DNA of 64,000 bases from NCBI GenBank assembly GCA_965644265.1, contig OZ286475.1, positions 71,858,001 to 71,922,000 on the forward strand, in the 5' to 3' direction. The stretch is from Glycera tridactyla. Lineage: Eukaryota. The notes below the pieces were generated by a model, which was not told the origin of the DNA, searched no databases, and saw only the letters and a list, made by a program, of their open reading frames with translations. Shown here one piece after another: positions 60,158 through 64,000 of the stretch. Within the stretch, counting starts at the first letter, position 1; every line of letters begins with the position of its first letter. Position numbers and translations under genes: made by a program.

Positions 60158-63100
60158 TGTAATCCTTCCAATATCACAATGGAATCGAACCAGTCATCCG
60201 ACAGGCTTGTAGGAGTATTCCCTCCTCTTCCTTAAGATGCAACTTTGGCAAGAAGCTTATATCTGATTAAATTACCATTATCAAGAACAGCAGGAAGCAA
60301 TGTATAGGTTAACCGGGCTTTTACCCCATTTATCCCAATGTCAAAATAAATGGCATTGCTCCTGTGGATCGATGTTCACAAAAATATATACGTTGTACTA
60401 AAAGATGTTAAAATGCGCGATCAGTATTACATGTTGAATCCCATTGTTTGCCAGCTCTAATGAAATCATAAATCTATAACGACATCTCATCCATCACACA
60501 GGGAACTCAATTGTTGGTTCAAAAGTATAAGATGACACATAAATAGAGTTGTAGATACATATTTTAATTTGTATAAGTTCACATAGTAGGTAGATTGTAA
60601 ATGGTAGATCATAAATTGAATGAAGCAATATAAATTATCACAGTATCAAGTAGACAAAATGTCAGTTATACTCATGATGTAATGAATAAATTCATTTCAA
60701 ATATTCAGATCTGAATCATATACAAATATGACAAATATGGATGAACTCGTGTTACATAAATACCAGTGGTATACCAGAAATTTTCAACTCACGACATACT
60801 CATACACAAGATATTCATGGCCGAATGACAAAGTGAGGTACCTCTATGAGTTATACAAGTACACACTCAAACAGTCACACACTTGAGCTCAAACCCTTTT
60901 ATAGTACTATCTTCTTTCTTGTTCCATCGTTGACTTGGGCGCTTGAGAAGTGGCCACTGCAGCTAGCTAGAAATATAAACAAAGTCAAAGACACGGTGTC
61001 TAGATAGTTAGTGCACTTTAGATATTTGACTTTAAAAGTTTGGGTTAAAGACCCACGATGCAAGACCGACTTTAAAAGTTAATATAGTGGTGGCCACCTA
61101 GTTGCACATGTGATGACGAACTCTGGTTATATATCCATATCAGCTAGAGAATGATGATAGCTGATACTAGAACGCGTATCATTGATGGAAGTAGAAGTAA
61201 AGAGGAGACATCATTCCTCTCGAGTGAAGTAGCTTATCTCGTAAAGATAGCTAACAGCATCTCACCGTGTGAAGAGATTATGTCCTACACATCTCCCATG
61301 TGTATAGTGCGTTTAACACACTAAAGACTGTGCAGACGACGGCTAGGCATATCCGCCTATATTAGTAGATTCCCATAAGCCTGGGAGGCGACGTGGGAAT
61401 GGAGTGGCCTGAAGAGTACGCACCTCTTCGATTTTACGACATCTCAGACGCGCTGGTCGCTGCAAGAAGATAAAAAAAAGTCTCCTACCAACTTGTCCAA
61501 GTATCATAAAGAAAAGTTTTAATTCAACAAGTATCTTTAAACAACTCTAAGTTTTATTTATGTTTGTTGCGTGCACTTAGTTACTTGCAGTTGCCAGATC
61601 TATTATAGTGGGAAGGCAGGATCCCACTTTATTCCCCACTAACTAAATAGCATAAGAATTTAACTTACAAGTTACCATTGATCGAGTTACTAGAAATATT
61701 TCAACATTCAGTTGAAGAGATTGTCAAAAGACAATCAGCAAGTATCACCGTTGAAAAGAAATCTCAATGCACTTAAGCCATTATCAACAGAGCAGGCACT
61801 GAGCCAACTAAGTTAACCAATCAATGAACAAGGCACTAAAATATCATCAGCTGTATCAGAGAGAGCTAAGTTCACGGGAAATGAACTAGAAAGGTGGACA
61901 CACCAAGTCCTCTCTCAGTCAGCTGGGATCATGATGCAGCAGCAATACAGCGAAAAAGTTGAAGTCCAACTGTCTGCATGAAAAGAGCAAGCACGCTTTT
62001 CAAAATCAAAAATAGTTAAGTCCTCATCAAATCAAATTCAAAAATTTGAATAAATTCTAAGTTAAGAATCCAAGATAGAGAAATCAATCTATTCAGAACA
62101 GGTGGTCTTTGTAGACAGTATTAGATAAAGTCACCACTCACCGAAGCAAGAGGCAAGATCTGAAATCAACCCAAGTTCCCCCTCCCTTACACTGTGAGTA
62201 TGACCTACCTAACATAGACCGGAGCGCACTAAGTCACAGCTGCAACAGCAGCGGGGTCTAAGTTCCGATCTACCAAGTCCGTGCTAAGTTCGAATTCTAA
62301 AATTCACCAAATCCCAATTTCAACTCAATTCAAGCCATTTGGTAATGTCTAAAGTCGAAATTAGTCATGTAATTCCAGAAATATAAGAGCGAAATGCATT
62401 TACATGCAGTCCCATATGTCACAAACCTCAAACACAAATGTGCTTACTGGGTAAGACCATGAGTAAGTCGGGTAAGCACCGTGCTGAGTTTCAGTCAACG
62501 CGCTAAGTTCGCGCTGTCAAATCACAAATAGCGCTAAAGCCAGCACACTGAAGTTCTACAAAAGCAATCCGCACATAACGAGAAACAGTTCCGATCAATT
62601 CTAAAGCATCTAAAGCTTTTATCCAAAAGTGAAAAAGTTTCAAACTTGTTGAAAAGTATAAAGTGGATCGGAAGCTCAAAGTGAGGCTCATACATGTGGC
62701 GGATGGAAATCCAAAATGGCGGATTGTTTACATCTGACCGATCAGTCAGAAACAGCTGTTCATTCCAGATCGCTCAGAAAGTATTTCGGAGCTCAAATGA
62801 CAGCGCATAGCAGCTTATTCATTACGAGAGCTAAACAATTACAAATATAGCCGTTTGAAGGTCTAAAATCAATCCAAAAGAATTTTCCTTCGAAAATACA
62901 GCCTAACGTGATGTCGCAGATCATATAGACCAAAAATCTCAAGGTGGTCACATGTGACAGGTTGGTCTCAATACGGAGGTTCCTCTCAAAAAGTAGGTCA
63001 CGGGACATAGGGACATCACCCAAGACTAAGCAAGCTTAGGACGGGTCCGTGCTTAGGATATACGGCGCTTAGGACAGAAATCAAGCTTATCAGAGTGGAC

Positions 63101-64000
63101 CTTCTCCGAAAAAGTCTAAATTCAGGCCGGGCACATGAATCACAAGCAGGCACTACGTGTAAACATAACAAGCCTCGGTTTGTCGTCTCCCCTTCATGTC
63201 TATTACAAGTACGAGCACCAAAAACATTCCACCGGATCTTCAATTGACAAACACGACAGTTGTGGTCATAGAAATTGAGATACCATCAAACTAGCACATG
63301 ATCGTTTATAAACAAGCTTTTTGCAAGCCGAAATAAATTCAGAATACTGAAATTGAAGCATATTTGATCGGTCGATTAATCGATTAATCGATCGGTTAAC
63401 CGTCAAAGAATTCCAGATTTTCACACCATATGAACGACGTTAGATTATTACCTTCTCAAACCAAGCAGTTTCAATGAAAATACGTTTTTCAATAAAGAAT
63501 TTCACTCGGAAAAGAAAAGATTGACTGGATCTCTATTCATATGATCAGGGAAGCTAAAGAAAAACAGATCAGCTGTGTGTGCTATTTACGAAACCAGCAG
63601 CAGAGTTCACCTGAGCGGTGACCTGGTTAGTACACATGACAGCGAGCTGCCATTGTCATACCGAGATAGGCATGTTCATTTCAACTCAGCCCACATGGAC
63701 TGGTAGAGTAGCCGGGTCTAAAAACACACAGATTCAGAGAGAAAAGACACAGTCGTCTCTGCTGATATTTCAACTGAAAATGATCTTACAGAAATATTCC
63801 TTTCACAATATTATTCCTATAGGGAAATCCCGTGAATATAATTGAATTTTGAATGATTCAATCATCTAATTCACACAGAAATCCGATATATTACACAAAT
63901 GATCAGAATCTGATCGGTAGGAGCTATATTGAGACGTGTTAGCAGTTCATACACACAGCTTCTCTCACCCGGAGGATTCAGTGAGTCCAAGCGTTAAATA
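60158..64000 (-). repeat. 5' LTR (partial; predicted to end near 64325)
   Basis: Matches 49336-53178; all ORF-track entries wholly within both copies are identical; two substitutions spotted by eye (49353/60175, 51400/62222). Confidence 0.97.

Larger units (their letters stand above)
49336..64000 (-). mobile_element. Young Ty3/Gypsy LTR retrotransposon, predicted ~15 kb; 5' LTR runs off the window
   Basis: LTR-pol-gag-PBS-LTR arrangement with PR-RT-RH-INT order; the two LTR copies keep a constant 10822 bp offset. Confidence 0.98.

Noticed and set aside
60158-64000. The 3.8 kb repeat as an assembly duplication
   Set aside because: It has TG...CA-type ends, an adjacent perfect tRNA-Pro PBS, brackets gag-pol correctly and differs at two sites at least.

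Overview
Eukaryotic (animal, probably lophotrochozoan invertebrate; inference) genomic DNA with spliceosomal introns, microsatellites and a 129-N gap. The left half (1-33.6 kb) holds two tandem paralogues of a spliced host gene on +. Four exons of each are recoverable (2769-8320 and 27608-32679), encoding two DM9/DUF3421 repeats plus a C-terminal PAN/Apple domain. They are separated by about 19 kb of relics (LTR fragments, an Academ-like DNA transposon, a CR1/L2 LINE, SINEs, satellites). The right half (33.67-64 kb) is a nearly gap-free stack of three retroelements. (1) A decayed DIRS1-type tyrosine-recombinase element with intact ITRs and ICR (33670-39779). (2) A ~9.5 kb CR1/L2-group LINE on - with an unusual layout: ORF1 (L1-type RRM, one frame break), a free-standing 319-aa SGNH esterase ORF with all catalytic blocks, a 2.1 kb repeat-bearing spacer, then an intact 970-aa APE-RT ORF2 and an (ATCA)n tail. 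(3) A very young Ty3/Gypsy element on - with intact gag and pol, a tRNA-Pro PBS, a G GGA AAC -1 frameshift site and unusually long (~4.17 kb) near-identical LTRs. The best candidates for something new are the three-ORF esterase LINE, the giant-LTR Gypsy family and the DM9-DM9-PAN gene pair. All domain calls are by-eye motif recognition; no database search was run.
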